Notes: generated by a model from the sequence alone, not told the origin. Positions 51,359-64,000 are shown, numbered from the stretch's first letter. The stretch: DNA of 64,000 bases from Amphiscolops sp. MND2022 (GCA_964187785.1 OZ076409.1:58530001-58594000), one strand, 5' to 3'. A program made the numbers and translations.

Positions 51359-53070
51359 GACTCATCATTGGAAGATGAGGTTTGTGAGTTGGAAGATGTT
51401 GATTTGTTTTGTGGTTTCTGCGCCTTTGAATTGGGGTTACCGTCATTAGCGTCATCTGGTCTGGTGCGTTTGGGTTTGAGATGCGCACCAGCACCTTGCC
51501 AACATCTTTCTTCCGGGTGGTTCTTTTTACCACAAGTGCCACACTCCGGATACGTCTTTTTCTGAGTTTGTTTGCCTTGTTGGGTATCTTTTTCTTTTTT
51601 CTTCTTCAATTTCTCGCAATCTTTGACCATATGGCCCTTTTCTTTGCAATAATTGCACGTTATATCACTCATCTGTACGTTGGAAGGAACAGTTTTTGTC
51701 TTGCCAATCGAAGATGTCATTGATGCTATGGGCAGGTCGTCAGACTCTTCGAGTGCATTCAGTTCCAGTTCTCGTTCTAGATGAGCAACAATTTCATCGT
51801 AAGAGCCATTCTCTAGTCTAGCCATGTTGACTGATCTTTTGAGCTTTGGTGGCAGTTTTGCATATAGGAGACTGTCGATCATTTTTTGGGCATTGTCTCC
51901 GAAGACTTTTTCTGCTCCTTGGTTAAGCTCTTCAAGAAAGTCTGGCAATTTGGTCGTGTTAGGGTCAAAGACTAGGCGATGCCATTTGTGTTTTGCAGTT
52001 GCCTGAGATTCGGGTTTGACGTACTTTCGTCTGAAAATGACAAGTACATCCTCAAGAGTTTGTCTGTTGGCGTTGCTGATGTTTCTGAATGTTTGGAGTG
52101 CATTCTTTCGCAGCAAGGGATGGAAGTGATTGATTTTCATTTGTTCGGTCATCTCAGGCTGCATCTTGATCATCGTATGGAATAAATCCTCAAACAGCTC
52201 GAACTTCTCACTTTTTCCGTCGAATGTCATTGTGTTGGAGTTGACTGGGCGGATAGTGAGTTGTTGGGCCGTTGTGCGGTTCTGCATACTAGTCAAAACA
52301 TCTGCTAGCCTGTTGATGGGGTCCTGTTCTGATGCCAGAGCGGGTCGTTCTCGTGCTAGGATCGTCGTGTCGAGCAGCGGAAGGTCATCACAGGATCTGT
52401 TGAGATGACTAGTGGATGGCATTCGTCCTGTGAGAAACTCAGGAACTTCAATTGGAGATTCGTTTTCTCCTGTCACCATGTCGTAAGCACGATTGTCCGA
52501 GAATGTGGATCCGTCCTTCTGACGATCACCAAGCGTCTTACTCTTCAAATTGTTTCTAGAGTCTGCATTACGCAGAACTTCGGAATATTCTTCCGGTCTC
52601 TCAGACGGAACGTTCCATCTCTCTTTGGTCATATGTCCAGAATCGGCCATTAGGGCATTTTGAATCTGGGGAAGTACCTGATTGCTTATAGCCTCACTTA
52701 TAGCTCTTTGGATTTGAACACTGACACTATTCATCATCTCATCCATCTCCCGAGATATACGGGAATTCAACTCACTCGACAATCTGTTGATCTCAGCGTT
52801 AGAACTACCTCTAACTGAGTTCTGTCCTAATTCGGCATTTGGACCAGGCTCGTCAGTTCTAGAGTTGGGCGATCTATTTTCATCCTCATTTTCAAATTCA
52901 TCACCAAAAAGACTATTAGGTCTTCTGGCCTGATTACTATTTAAACTTTCACTTCTTTTGTTCCTAATGAAATGATTTCCTCCAAGCATTATGTCTAAGT
53001 TCTCAATGTCGGATAACATTTCTGCTTCTCTTGATTTCCTTGCTTTCTTTTGCTTCCTTGTGGTAGGCAT
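51349..53070 (-). CDS. gag: gag of copy B, 573 aa, two CCHC knuckles; starts inside the 5' LTR and reads through the PBS
   Basis: ORF track; CNYCKEKGHMVKDC and CGTCGKKNHPEERC; homologous to the copy A gag. Confidence 0.95.
   Translation of the reverse strand: MPTTRKQKKARKSREAEMLSDIENLDIMLGGNHFIRNKRSESLNSNQARRPNSLFGDEFENEDENRSPNSRTDEPGPNAELGQNSVRGSSNAEINRLSSELNSRISREMDEMMNSVSVQIQRAISEAISNQVLPQIQNALMADSGHMTKERWNVPSERPEEYSEVLRNADSRNNLKSKTLGDRQKDGSTFSDNRAYDMVTGENESPIEVPEFLTGRMPSTSHLNRSCDDLPLLDTTILARERPALASEQDPINRLADVLTSMQNRTTAQQLTIRPVNSNTMTFDGKSEKFELFEDLFHTMIKMQPEMTEQMKINHFHPLLRKNALQTFRNISNANRQTLEDVLVIFRRKYVKPESQATAKHKWHRLVFDPNTTKLPDFLEELNQGAEKVFGDNAQKMIDSLLYAKLPPKLKRSVNMARLENGSYDEIVAHLERELELNALEESDDLPIASMTSSIGKTKTVPSNVQMSDITCNYCKEKGHMVKDCEKLKKKKEKDTQQGKQTQKKTYPECGTCGKKNHPEERCWQGAGAHLKPKRTRPDDANDGNPNSKAQKPQNKSTSSNSQTSSSNDESKN
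51352..51358 (-). promoter_or_regulatory. -1 ribosomal frameshift slippery heptamer A_AAA_AAC (also 3829-3835 in copy A)
   Basis: TCA AAA AAC TAA ends gag in both copies, and the -1 frame is open from there into pol. Confidence 0.85.
52467..52478 (-). other. primer binding site of copy B (TGGTGACAGGAG)
   Basis: Directly follows the 5' LTR end (...TACGACA|TGGTGACAGGAG) and is conserved in copy A. Confidence 0.88.
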
Positions 53071-54270
53071 TTAGATAGAAAGTCCGAGGTAAATATTGAA
53101 TTATTATTTTCGGAAAATAAGAGTCAACTGTTTGGTACAAACGTATTATACTTGTGTGTCCCTCAGGAGTGAAACTCGTATATATACTCTCTGGGGTATG
53201 ACTTTTACAAAAGGAATTCACAAATAGTATTCAAACATTCCAATCGGGGCACGGGACTAAGGATTTCAGCGGGAAATACACTGCAATCTCCAGTTTTCCG
53301 ACTCGATTGGGAAATTCCTAGCATTCTAGAATTACAATTGTTTATCTATCAAAGGCGGCATCAAAATATTTACTAGTGCATCAAATGGATCTTCTGTCCG
53401 TCAAAGGACCTAGCACTCATCAGGAATGTAAACAACATTACACACATTCCTTTCAGGCACGTGCCACCGCGTGGCCTGAAATAAGTTCTGCAACAATGTG
53501 TAGTACATCATATTATTAGGCCTAATACGGCCAATTATCATGTTAGCAATTATATACGCTAATCAACCGATTAGCCCCAAATGTATGTACCACTTTACTT
53601 TTCAAAAGAACGCAACAACTTCAGTGGCCGGAAATAGCCGGCTAACTAATAGGCAAGCACTAATGAAATATGGCCTTGAAGGCCTAGCAAAAGGTTGAGT
53701 ATTAAGACAAAGCATCAGTTATAGGAAAAGATCTGGCTATTATGAAAGTACAAATACAACAAACATAACTCGTCTCATGTTAAATTACCACCTTATTTCA
53801 GCTTTGAACAGAGGGGACGAAACCGGCCATTTGACCAGTGTATCAAAAGAGAATATTAAAAGCACGGCAACTGGCCTTATTCGGCCATTAATTAAATAGC
53901 ATCAATAAACGAGATTACATACTGCGATATGATTGGCTGAGATAACGTGCTCAAGTGACGCTACCGGTACAGTGCCGTACATCACTTGAACACGTTTCCT
54001 ATACTGCCTTACAGTCGTTATTGCTTTCAATTATCGCATCAATTCTAACCATACAGTAATTTGATTTGGATTACTCCAATTGTATTATTTTTAACAGACT
54101 AATCAATGTAACTGAATTAACAAAAATACAAAAGCGTGTTTTGTTACAAAACGTTAGCATAACAGTTTAAAAGTTTCAGTTTCAGAAAATTGGTAGAGTA
54201 CCTGGTGCCGTTTCCTGATCTGCGGATGTCGTTGTAATCCTTGTGCCGTCACAGGCGGCAGCCTGCGACA
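52479..54270 (-). repeat. 5' LTR of copy B (1792 bp)
   Basis: Direct repeat of 38041-39832 with TG...CA ends and an adjacent PBS. Confidence 0.97.
53179..53186 (-). promoter_or_regulatory. TATA-like box upstream of gag (also 38741-38748 and 5659-5666)
   Basis: TATATATA is kept about 110-120 nt upstream of the gag ATG in both diverged LTR types. Confidence 0.5.
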
Positions 54271-54632
54271 GTAAATATATCCAGTCGACTGTCCAGAATC
54301 GAAAAGCGAAGCTGAATTATATAGGATCGAATTATTTAGAGTCGAATTTTGACGAATCGAAAAGCGATCTTAATTTTTCTAGGGTAAAATATTAATATAG
54401 TATTTATCAAGTAATTAAATACCTTGTAGATAAGGTTAGGAAAATACAGGAGTGTAGTTCAGGGCTGTTCAATAAATAATTATGGGTAAGAATAATTATA
54501 ATGAATAAAATAAAATAATTTATTTTAACACTCAAATGAATAAAAATGATTATTTTTGTACCTGTTAAAAAAATTATTCTTGAGATAACTCAAACTAAGT
54601 GCGTTTAATTCAACATATCGTTAGCCAATTAA

Positions 54633-54764
54633 ATTCGAAAATACAGAATTCTTGAGCTAATTTCAAGAAATACCTTTGTCAAGTACCTTGGGCTACTGAC
54701 TCAAAAGGTCGAAGACTCCATTAAAAAAGCCCTGTCGCCGCGTTTTGGCATGATTATGGATGGC
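54633..54764 (+). pseudogene. fragment of a decayed hAT-like DNA transposase
   Basis: Translates to IRKYRILELISRNTFVKYLGLLTQKVEDSIKKALSPRFGMIMDG. This resembles the hAT segment leading to the first catalytic Asp (F-x-x-x-x-D-G/E-W). The frame is then interrupted by the tandem array. Confidence 0.55.
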
Positions 54765-57700
54765 CAATTTAAGTTTTTGGTGATATCCGTTTTCCGCTGA
54801 GAATAAAAATATTTAATTTAGCGAAAATAAAAATAAAATTATTTACTTTTTACACCCTGAAAATAAAATAATTTATTTTTAGGCAAAAACAATATTCGAA
54901 TGAAATATTGAACACACTTGGTGTAATTAGTTTCAATGTTCATTTCTCGATTTCTCGATGAAACATTTAGGCGGTACAAAATTGTTTTTCCGTCGAACAT
55001 TCTCCACTAATTCCAGCGAATTTGACATCAATTTTCAGCATGAACAGATGGAAGACGCCCCGACTTACATTACATCAGCTCATACTTTCAAGGCAATTAT
55101 TGTAACAACTGCTGTTCAGATCCGACAACGAATTGAATTAAACAACAAACTCTTGCGCCCCAAAACTGCTGCCACATTGAAACGGAAACTAGAATCGAAT
55201 CCCCCGGAGCTGCGACTTCAAGCAAAACAATTGAATGCCATTGATTTCCGAGTGATTATCAACACCGAGAGAAACTTATCTCAGCCGGGGAGAACTTTTG
55301 CATTGGAATGCAACTGAGCTTAATACCATGACCGGTTTGATAAAGTATTCCGTGTGTGTGATTTGTTAAAACGTAAACATGATGAATACCATTCGGATTT
55401 AACAAATTCCGTTTTCCTTCCCACACAGTGCGATTTAGCCCTCAAATTTGTCAAAACATTAAGAAGCTTTTCGAAGTTTTTTAACTATAATTCCCCGCTC
55501 CTTCCTGCTCTCGCTTGCCCGGGAACCGGTAAGTAAATTGAAACAAGAAAAAAAAGTGTTTTCATGTTTCGTATAAAAATGCGCAAAGAAATATGTTCTA
55601 TTTTGAACAATTACAAGCAGTGACTCTACTATTGAACCATCGCCCTCAGACTTTCAGATCTAAGATTTTGTCTGAACAAAAAAACATTATGGATGGCCAA
55701 TTTAAGTTTTTGGTGATATCCGTTTTCCGTTGAAAATAAAAATATTTAATTTAGCGAAAATAAAAAAAAACATTTATTTTTTCCACCCTGAAAATAAAAT
55801 AAGTTATTTTTAGGCAATAACAATATTCGAATAAAATATTGAACACAGTTGGTGTAATTAGTTTCAATTTTCACGACTTCTTTTGTTCTAGTTTCGTTAG
55901 GCTAGGTGTGAACGTAGCACAAAACGAAACTGCTAATTGTCCTTAAACTACAAATCATTAACAATTACACTGTGTAGCAATATCCAAATAGTTTGTTGAG
56001 ATGTATTTCATCATTAAAGGTGATAGGAAAGGAACTTCTTACTACGTTTCTGATCGAAAATTTTAGGTACAGAGGGATTATCTTTACTTGAAATGTAGAA
56101 ACCCTGATTGTAGTTGCATAGCTGGATTACATTTTATCGTTTTTTTAACTGACACCAGCATCTTGCCGATGAGAAAAAGTCGCTGTGTTGATTCTAATTA
56201 AAAACGTTGAAACAGCAGGCTGAGCAGGAAATTGAAGGCCCTCGAGAGTTGACAAAGTAACAACTGCATCGCTTTTGGACGCCTGATAACTTTCTCGGAA
56301 AATAAAAGTGGGACGTACGAATGAGATCGAAACATGCAGCCTAACAATACTGAAGATGCCTTGGAAGTCATGACAACAATTGAAATTGACTTCTCGATGA
56401 AATATTTAGACGGTACAAAATAGTTTTTCCGTCGAACAGTCTCCACTAATTCCAGCGAATTTGACATCAATTTTCAGCATGAACAGATGGAAGACGCCCC
56501 GACTTACATTACATCAGCTCATACTTTCAAGGCAATTATTGTAACAACTGCTGTTCAGATCCGACAACGAATTGAAGTAAACAACAAACTCTTGCGCCCC
56601 AAAACTGCTGCCACATTGAAACGGAAACTAAAATCGAATCCCCTGGAGCTGCGACTTCAAGCAAAACAATTGAATGCCATTGATTTCCGAGTGAGTATCA
56701 ACACCAAGAGAATCTTATCTCAGCCGGGGAGAATTTTTGCATTGGAATTCAACTGAGTTAAATAACATGACCGGTTTGATAAGGTATTCCGCGTGTGTAT
56801 TTTGTTAAAACGTAAACATGATGAATTCCATTCGGATTTAACAAGTTCCGTTTTCCTTCCCACACAGTGCGAATTAGCCCTCAAATTTGTCAAAACATTA
56901 AGAAGCTTTTCGAATTTTTTCTACTATAATTCCCCGCTCCTTCCTGCTCTCGCTTGCCCGGGAACCGGTAAGTAAATTGAAAGAAGAAAAAAAGTGTCAT
57001 CATGTTTCGTATAAAAATGCGCGAAGAAATAGGTTCTATTTTGAACAATTACAAGCAGTGACTCTACTATTGAACCATCCTCCTCAGACATTCAGATCTA
57101 AGATATTGTCTGAACAAAAAAACATTATGGATGGCCAATTTGAGTTTTTGGTGATATCCGTTTTCCGTTGAAAATTAAAATATTTAATTTAGCGAAAATA
57201 AAATTAAAATTATTTACTTTTTCCACCCTGAAAATAAAATAAGTTATTTTTAGCCAATAAAATTATTCGAATAAAATATTGACCACACTTGGTGTAATTA
57301 GTTTCAATGTTCACGACATCTTTTGTTCTAGTTTCGTTAGACTAGTTGTGAACGTAGCACAAAACGAAACTGCTAATTGTCCTTAAACTACAAATCATTA
57401 ATCATTACTCTGTGTAACAATATCCAAATAGTTTGTTGAGATGTATTTCATCATTAAAGGTGATAGGAAAGGAATTTATTTCTACGTTTTTGATCGAAAG
57501 TATTAGTTACAGAGGGATGATCTTTACCTGAAATGTAGAAACCCTGATTGTAGTTGCATAGCTCGAATACATTTTATCGTTTTTATTAACTGACACCAGC
57601 ATCTTGCTGTTGAAAAAAGTCGCTGTGTTGATTCTAGTTAAGAACGTTGAAACAGCAGGCTGAGCAGGAAACTGAAGGCCCTCGAGAGTTGACAAAGTAA

Positions 57701-60700
57701 CAACTGCATCGCTTTTGGACGCCTGATAACTTTTTCGGAAAATAAAAGTGGGACGTACGAATGAGGTCGAAACATGCAGCCTAACAATACTGAAGATGCC
57801 TTGGAAGTCATGACAACAATTGAAATTGATTTCTCGATGAAACATTTAGACGGTACAAAATTGTTTTTCCGTCGAACAGTCTCCAATAATTCCAGCGAAT
57901 TTGACATCAATTTTCAGCATGAACAGATGGAAGACGCCCCGACTTACATTACATCAGCTCATACTTTCAAGGCAATTATTGTGACAACTGCTGTTCAGCT
58001 CCGACAACGAATTGAATTAAACAACAAACTCTTGCGCCCCAAAACTGCTGCCCCATTGAAACGGAAACTAGAATCGAATCCCCTGGAGCTGCGACTTCAA
58101 GGAAAACAATTGAATGCCATTGATTTCCGAGTGATTATCAACACCGAGAGAAACTTATCTCAGCCGGGAAGAATTTTTGCATTGGAATGCAACTGAGTTA
58201 AATAACATGACCGGTTTGACAAGGTATTCCGCGTGTGTGTTTTGTTAAAACGTAAACATGATGAATTCCATTCGGATTTAACAAATTCCGTTTTTCTTCC
58301 CACACAGTGCATATTAGCCCTCAAATTTGTCAAAACATTAAGAAGCTTTTCGAAGTTTTTCTACTATAATTCACCGCTCCTTCCTGCTCTCGCTTGCCCG
58401 GGAACCGGTAAGTAAATTGAAAGAAGAAAAAAAGGGTCATCATGTTTCGTAGAAAAATGCGCAAAGAAATAGGTTCTATTTTGAACAATTAGAAGCAGTG
58501 ACTCTACTATTGAACCATCCTCCTCAGACTTTCAGAACTAAGATTTTGTCTGAACAAAAAAACAATATGGATGGCCAATTTAGGTTTTTGGTGATATCCG
58601 TTTTCGCTGAAAATTAAAATATTTAATTTAGCGAAAATAAAAATAAAAAAAATTACTTTTCCACCCTGAAAATAAAATAAGTTATTTTTAGGCAATAAAA
58701 ATATTCGAATAAAATATTGAACAAACTTGGTGTAATTAGTTTAAATGTTCACGACTTCTTTTATTCTAGTTTCGTTAGGCTAGGTGTGAACGTAGCTCAA
58801 AACGAAACTGCTAATTGTCCTTAAACTACAAATCATTAACCATTACACTGTGTAGCAATATCCAAATAGTTTGTTGAGATGTATTTCATCATTAAAGGTG
58901 ATAGGAAAGGAACTTCTTTCTACGTTTCTGATCGAAAATATTAGTTACAGAGGGATGATCTTTACCTGAAATGTAGAAACCCTGATTGTAGTTGCATAGC
59001 TTGATTACATTTTATTTTTTTTTAACTGAGACCAGCATCTTGCCGATGAAAAAAAAGTCGCTGTGTTGATTCTAGTTAAGAACGTTGAAACAGCAGGCTG
59101 AGCAGGAAACTGAAGGCCCTCGAGAAATGACAAAGTAACAACTGCATAGCTTTTGGACGCCTGATAACTTTCTCGGAATATAAAAGTGGGACGTACGAAT
59201 GAGGTCGAAACATGCAGCGTAACAATACTGAAGATGCCTCGGAAGTCATGACAACAAATGAAATTGATTTCTCGATGAAACATTTAGACGGTACAAAATT
59301 TTTTTCCGTCGAACAATCTCCACTAATTCCAGCGAATTTGACATCAATTTTCAGCATGAACAGATGGAAGACGCCCCGACTTACATTACATCAGCTCATA
59401 CTTTCAAGGCAATTATTGTAACAACTGCTGTTCAGATCCGACAACGAATTGAATTAAACAACAAACTCTTGCGCCCCAAAACTGCTGCCCCATTGAAACG
59501 GAAACTAGAATCGAATCCCCTGGAGCTGCGACTTCAAGCAAAACAATCGAATGCCATTGATTTCCGAGTGATTATCAACACCGAGAGATTATCAATGACC
59601 GGTTTGCTAAGGTATTCCGCGAGTGTGATTTGTTAAAACGAAAACATGATGAATTCCATTCGGATTTAACAAATTCCGTTTTTCTTCCCACACAGTGCGA
59701 ATTAGCCCTCAAATTTGACAAAACATTAGGAAGCTTTTCGAAGTTTTTCTACTATAATTCCCCGCTCCTTCCTACTCTCGCTTGCCCGGGAACCGGTAAG
59801 TAAATTGAAAGAAGAAAAAAAGTGTCATCATGTTACGTGTAAAAATGCGTAAAGAAATACGTTCTATTTTGAACAATTACAAGCAGTGACTCTACTATTG
59901 AACCATCCTCCTCAGACTTTCAGATCTAAGGTTTTGTCTGAACAAAAAAACATTATGGATGGCCAATTTAAGTGTTTGGTGATATCCGTTTTCCGTTGAA
60001 AAGAAAAATATTTAATTTAAAAAATAAAAATAAAAATTATTAGTTTTCCCACCCTGAAAATAAAATAGTTTAATTTTAGGCAATAACAATATTCGAATAA
60101 AATATCGAACACACTTGGTGTAATTAGTTTCAATGTTTACGACTTCTTTTGTTCTAGTTTCGTTAGGCTAGGTGTGAACGTAGCACAAAACGAAACTGCT
60201 AATTGTCCTTAAACTACAAATCATTAACCATTACACTGTGTAGCAATATCCAAATAGTTTGTTGAGATGTATTTCATCATTGAAGGTGATAGGAAAAGAA
60301 CTTCTTTCTACGTTTCTGATCGAAAATATTAGTTACAGAGGATGATCTTTACCTGAAATGTAGAAACCCTGATTGTAGTTGCATAGCTTGATTACATTTT
60401 ATTGTTTTTTTAACTGACACCAGCATCTTGCCGATGAAAAAAAGTCGCTGTGTTGATTCTAATTAAAAACGTTGAAACAGCAGGCTGAGCAGGAAACTGA
60501 AGGCCCTCGAGAGTTGACAAAGTAACAACTGCATTGCTTTTGGACGCCTGATATATTTCTCGGAAAATAAAAGTGGAATGTACGAATGAGAGGTCGAAAC
60601 ATGCAGCCTAACAATACTGAAGATGCCTTGGAAGTCATGACAACAATTGAAATTGATTTCTCGATGAAACATTTAGACGGTACAAAATTGTTTTTCCGTC

Positions 60701-62059
60701 GAACAGTCTCCACTAATTCCAGCGAATTTGACATCAATTTTCAGCATGAACAGATGGAAGACGCCCCGACTTACATTACATCAGCTCATACTTTCAAGGC
60801 AGTTATTGTAACAAGAAAATATTATTGTAACAGGCAATTATTATTGTAAGTAAATTGAAACAAGAAAAAAAGTGTTATCATATTTTGTATAAAAAGGTGC
60901 AAGAGGAATAGGTTCTATTTTGAACAGTTACAAGCAGTGACTCTACTATTGAACCATCCTCCTCTGACTTTCAGAACTAAGATTTTGTCTGAACAAAAAA
61001 ACAATATGGATGGCCAATTTGGGTTTTTGGTGATATCCGTTTTCGCTGAAAATAAAAATATTTAATTTAGCGAAAATAAAAATAAAAAATTATTACTTTT
61101 TCCACCCTGAAAATAAAATAATTTATTTTTAGGCAATAAAAATATTCGAATAAATTATTGAACAAACTTGGTGTAATTAGTTTAAATGTTCACGACTTCT
61201 TTTGTTCTAGTTTCGTTAGGCTAGGTGTGAACGTAGCACAAAACGAAACTGCTAATTGTCCTTAAACAACAAATCATTGACCATTACACTGTGTAGCAAT
61301 ATCCAAATAGTTTGTTGAGATGTATTTCATCATTAAAGGTGATAGGAAAGGAACTTCTTTCTACGTTTCTGATCGAAAAATATAGTTACAGGGGGATGAT
61401 CTTTACCTGAAATGTAGAAACCCTGATTCTAGTTGCATAGCTCGATTACATTTTATCGTGTTTTTTAACTGACACCAGCATCTTGCCGATGAAAAAAAGT
61501 CGCTGTGTTGATTATAATTAAAAACGTTGAAACAGCAGGCTGAGCAGGAAACTGAAGGCCCTCGAGAGTTGACAAAGTAACAACTGCATTGCTTTTGGAC
61601 GCCTGATATATTTCTCGGAAAATAAAAGTGGGATGTACGAATGAGAGGTCGAAACATGCAGCCTAACAATACTGAAGATGCCTTGGAAGTCATGACAACA
61701 ATTGAAGTTGATATCTCGATGAAACATTTAGACGGTACAAAATTGTTTTTCCGTCGAACAGTCTCCACTAATTCCAGCGAATTTGACATCAATTTTCAGC
61801 ATGAACAGATGGAAGACGCCCCGACTTACATTACATCAGCTCATACTTTCAAGGCAGTTATTGTAACAAGAAAATATTATTGTAACAGGCAATTAATATT
61901 GTAAGTAAATTGAAACAAGAAAAAAAGTGTTATCATGTTTTGTATAAAAAGGCGCAAAGGAATAGGTTCTATTTTGAACAATTACAAGCAGTGACTCTAC
62001 TATTGAACCATCCTCCTCAGACTTTCAGAACTAAGATTTTGTCCGAACAAAAAAACATT
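54753..62059. repeat. tandem array of six related units (about 933, 1438, 1440, 1388, 1051 and 1054 bp)
   Basis: The marker A(T/A)TATGGATGGCC recurs at 54753, 55686, 57124, 58564, 59952 and 61003. The short ORF MEDAPTYITSAHTFKA appears in every unit. Confidence 0.93.
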
Positions 62060-64000
62060 GGTTCCGAATCACATTGATAGGTTGATTGACAGTTCAAGCT
62101 CAAAAATCTGATTTACTGCAAGGTTTACACTTGTTTGTCGTTGATTAGTGTCAATCTGCTGTTGAGCCTGTTTTGCAAACATCGAGTTTAGCTATAGACT
62201 CTTTTTAGGGATTACGTAAGAATTGAGTGTGTTGACTTGATCGCACTCTATGATTTCTACGTAACGTGAGAGGACGCTTTCGAGCAACAGTCTGCATGTC
62301 ATCATTGCAACTGCTCTTTGCAATCTTCCGAAGGAATCTTGAGTCAAAGAAAGTTCTGCGAGCAAAGCTTATTGAAGTCAAGACGCTACTTTAATTCAAA
62401 ACTCCTTTCGATTCCTAATGTTATTGAATCAACCGTTCGATTCTAAATAATATTACATAGCCATTCCATATTAAATATTTTTTACACTTTTTCGATTCTG
62501 GATATCTCAATCCAAAGAATATTCAAAGAGTTCAAAAGTAGAATGTTCAAATGAATAGGTCAAATGTTTTGCAAGTTCATGTAGCCTTTTAACTTTCACA
62601 ATATCAAAATTTTCACTTTTTTGTCACACCCTTATATCCCAAATTACAGACAAAACATTTTCTCAAATGATGAAAAATTGTGCCACTTTCTCCCCAAAGA
62701 GCTACTTCGTTTCAGCTGCGTCTTTAGTTAGCGTTTTGTAGAAGAAAAGGTCGAGAACGTCTCAAGTCGAATCACCGCCTGAGGCTCAAAAATAATTATA
62801 AGTCTCAATTATAATCAGGGTGACTTCTAGAAAAATCTAATAGCTTTTAGGTTGCCAAGAAGAGTCTAAAAGGCCCATCAGGCCTCAAAATTTTCATATT
62901 TGTACTTCATAATTGTGTATAGATCACGCACTTACAATTCACCCGGTCGAAATGAAGACTCTGTCAAAACCTATAACAGATCACTACGCATTTAGAACAA
63001 ATTTAGTTTTACAGCCTTCCCGGATAACTATTAGGTTTTGATTATCAACTGCGCGTAAAAACTTTTATATTTTACTACAGAATAAAGTAGGCAAAAACAT
63101 GAATGAAAAGATATTGAAAGACAAACTCAACAATGCTCAAATCTTATGTCGAGAGGAAAAACCCTAAAAATGTCGAGGAACGAAAAAAGATTATCTTCCA
63201 ATCACCACATGCAGTCATTGAAAAACTCTGAGTCTGGTTGATAAACTCAAAAAACGAACGTTTGAGAAACTGTTCGTCAAACAGAAGCAAATTTGTTATG
63301 TAATCGGTCCTCCATGGTAAAGCCACATGTTGTCTGTTTGTGTTATGATATGTATAATAATAATTTATAATTAACTCTATTTTATATTCACTTTTTCATC
63401 AACTCATTTTTGACCTGAACTATATATACTGTTATCGTACCAAATATTCCGTATTTAAAACTGGGAATAATCCATTTTTAACACTTCGTAAACATGTTTA
63501 TAGGAAAAGATTTTCTGATGTGTTTCAAAAAACTAATTGGTAATTTATGAAAGTTTACCAGTTTGCTCCTATGTACCAATCGAAGACCAGTTCATTGTCG
63601 ACCAGTTTTCCGTTTTTCAATTTCGAGTAGCTTTCCTCGACGAGTTATTTTTGACTGCCTAAAGCTCATGGGCATCATTATAGGGTCCAACTAAAGAAAA
63701 TCTGAGGCTCATATGCCGGGGTTATTTCTAACAAGACGGGAACGGCCCAAGTCGGCGCCATATCTAAGGCTCAAAAATAGCAAAAGGACTTCAAAGTGTC
63801 AAGTATTCTCTTCTACAGTACCCGCATGAGGAAAAAATTGAAAAAAAGTCCCATTTTTTGAAGTTTTTTCAATTTTTTTGTCTCCGATAAGTCGCATAGT
63901 GCCCAAAAATGTAGAAGGGGACCTCAAAGAAGCCTAATTAACCTCTATCTCAAGTGCCAGTATAAGTAGTGTGGCATTTAGTGTTAGTTCAAGTCAGCTT

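Larger units (their letters stand above)
38041..54270 (-). mobile_element. full-length Ty3/Gypsy LTR retrotransposon copy B, 16,230 bp, with two extra genes
   Basis: Two 1792-bp direct LTRs (TG...CA), 5-bp TSD, PBS, gag, and pol in PR-RT-RH-IN order. Only 5 substitutions were noticed by eye between the LTRs. Confidence 0.97.

Noticed and set aside
54958..61904. repeated short ORFs (MEDAPTY..., MCxLLKRK...) as a gene family or CRISPR-like array
   Set aside because: They are by-products of the kb-scale tandem units, with variable stops and frameshifts and no repeat-spacer structure.

Overview
This is AT-rich animal genomic DNA with spliceosomal GT-AG introns. It holds four things. (1) A 17-exon Roundabout (Robo)-like receptor gene on the minus strand (37253 to 8110: signal peptide, 5 Ig, 3 FN3, TM and an apparently very short tail). 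(2) A complete, recently inserted 16,230-bp Ty3/Gypsy LTR retrotransposon (38041-54270, minus strand) with 1792-bp LTRs, a GTAAA target-site duplication, a PBS, gag and a -1-frameshifted pol. (3) The 5' part of a diverged member of the same family (1-6726). (4) A tandem array of 0.9-1.44-kb units inside a decayed hAT-like transposon (about 54750-62060). The full-length retroelement is the most striking object. Between pol and the 3' LTR it carries an intact six-exon, five-intron gene on the antisense strand (41444-45914, 1295 aa). Its product has a BED-like zinc finger and a catalytically degenerate hAT-transposase-like body. A divergently transcribed sense ORF with SUMO-interacting-like, RxL and CxxC motifs reads into the 3' LTR where a polypurine tract should be. 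A palindromic GGCC-N6-GGCC motif recurs in the LTRs and in the shared promoter. Family assignments come from motif recognition by eye; no database searches were run.
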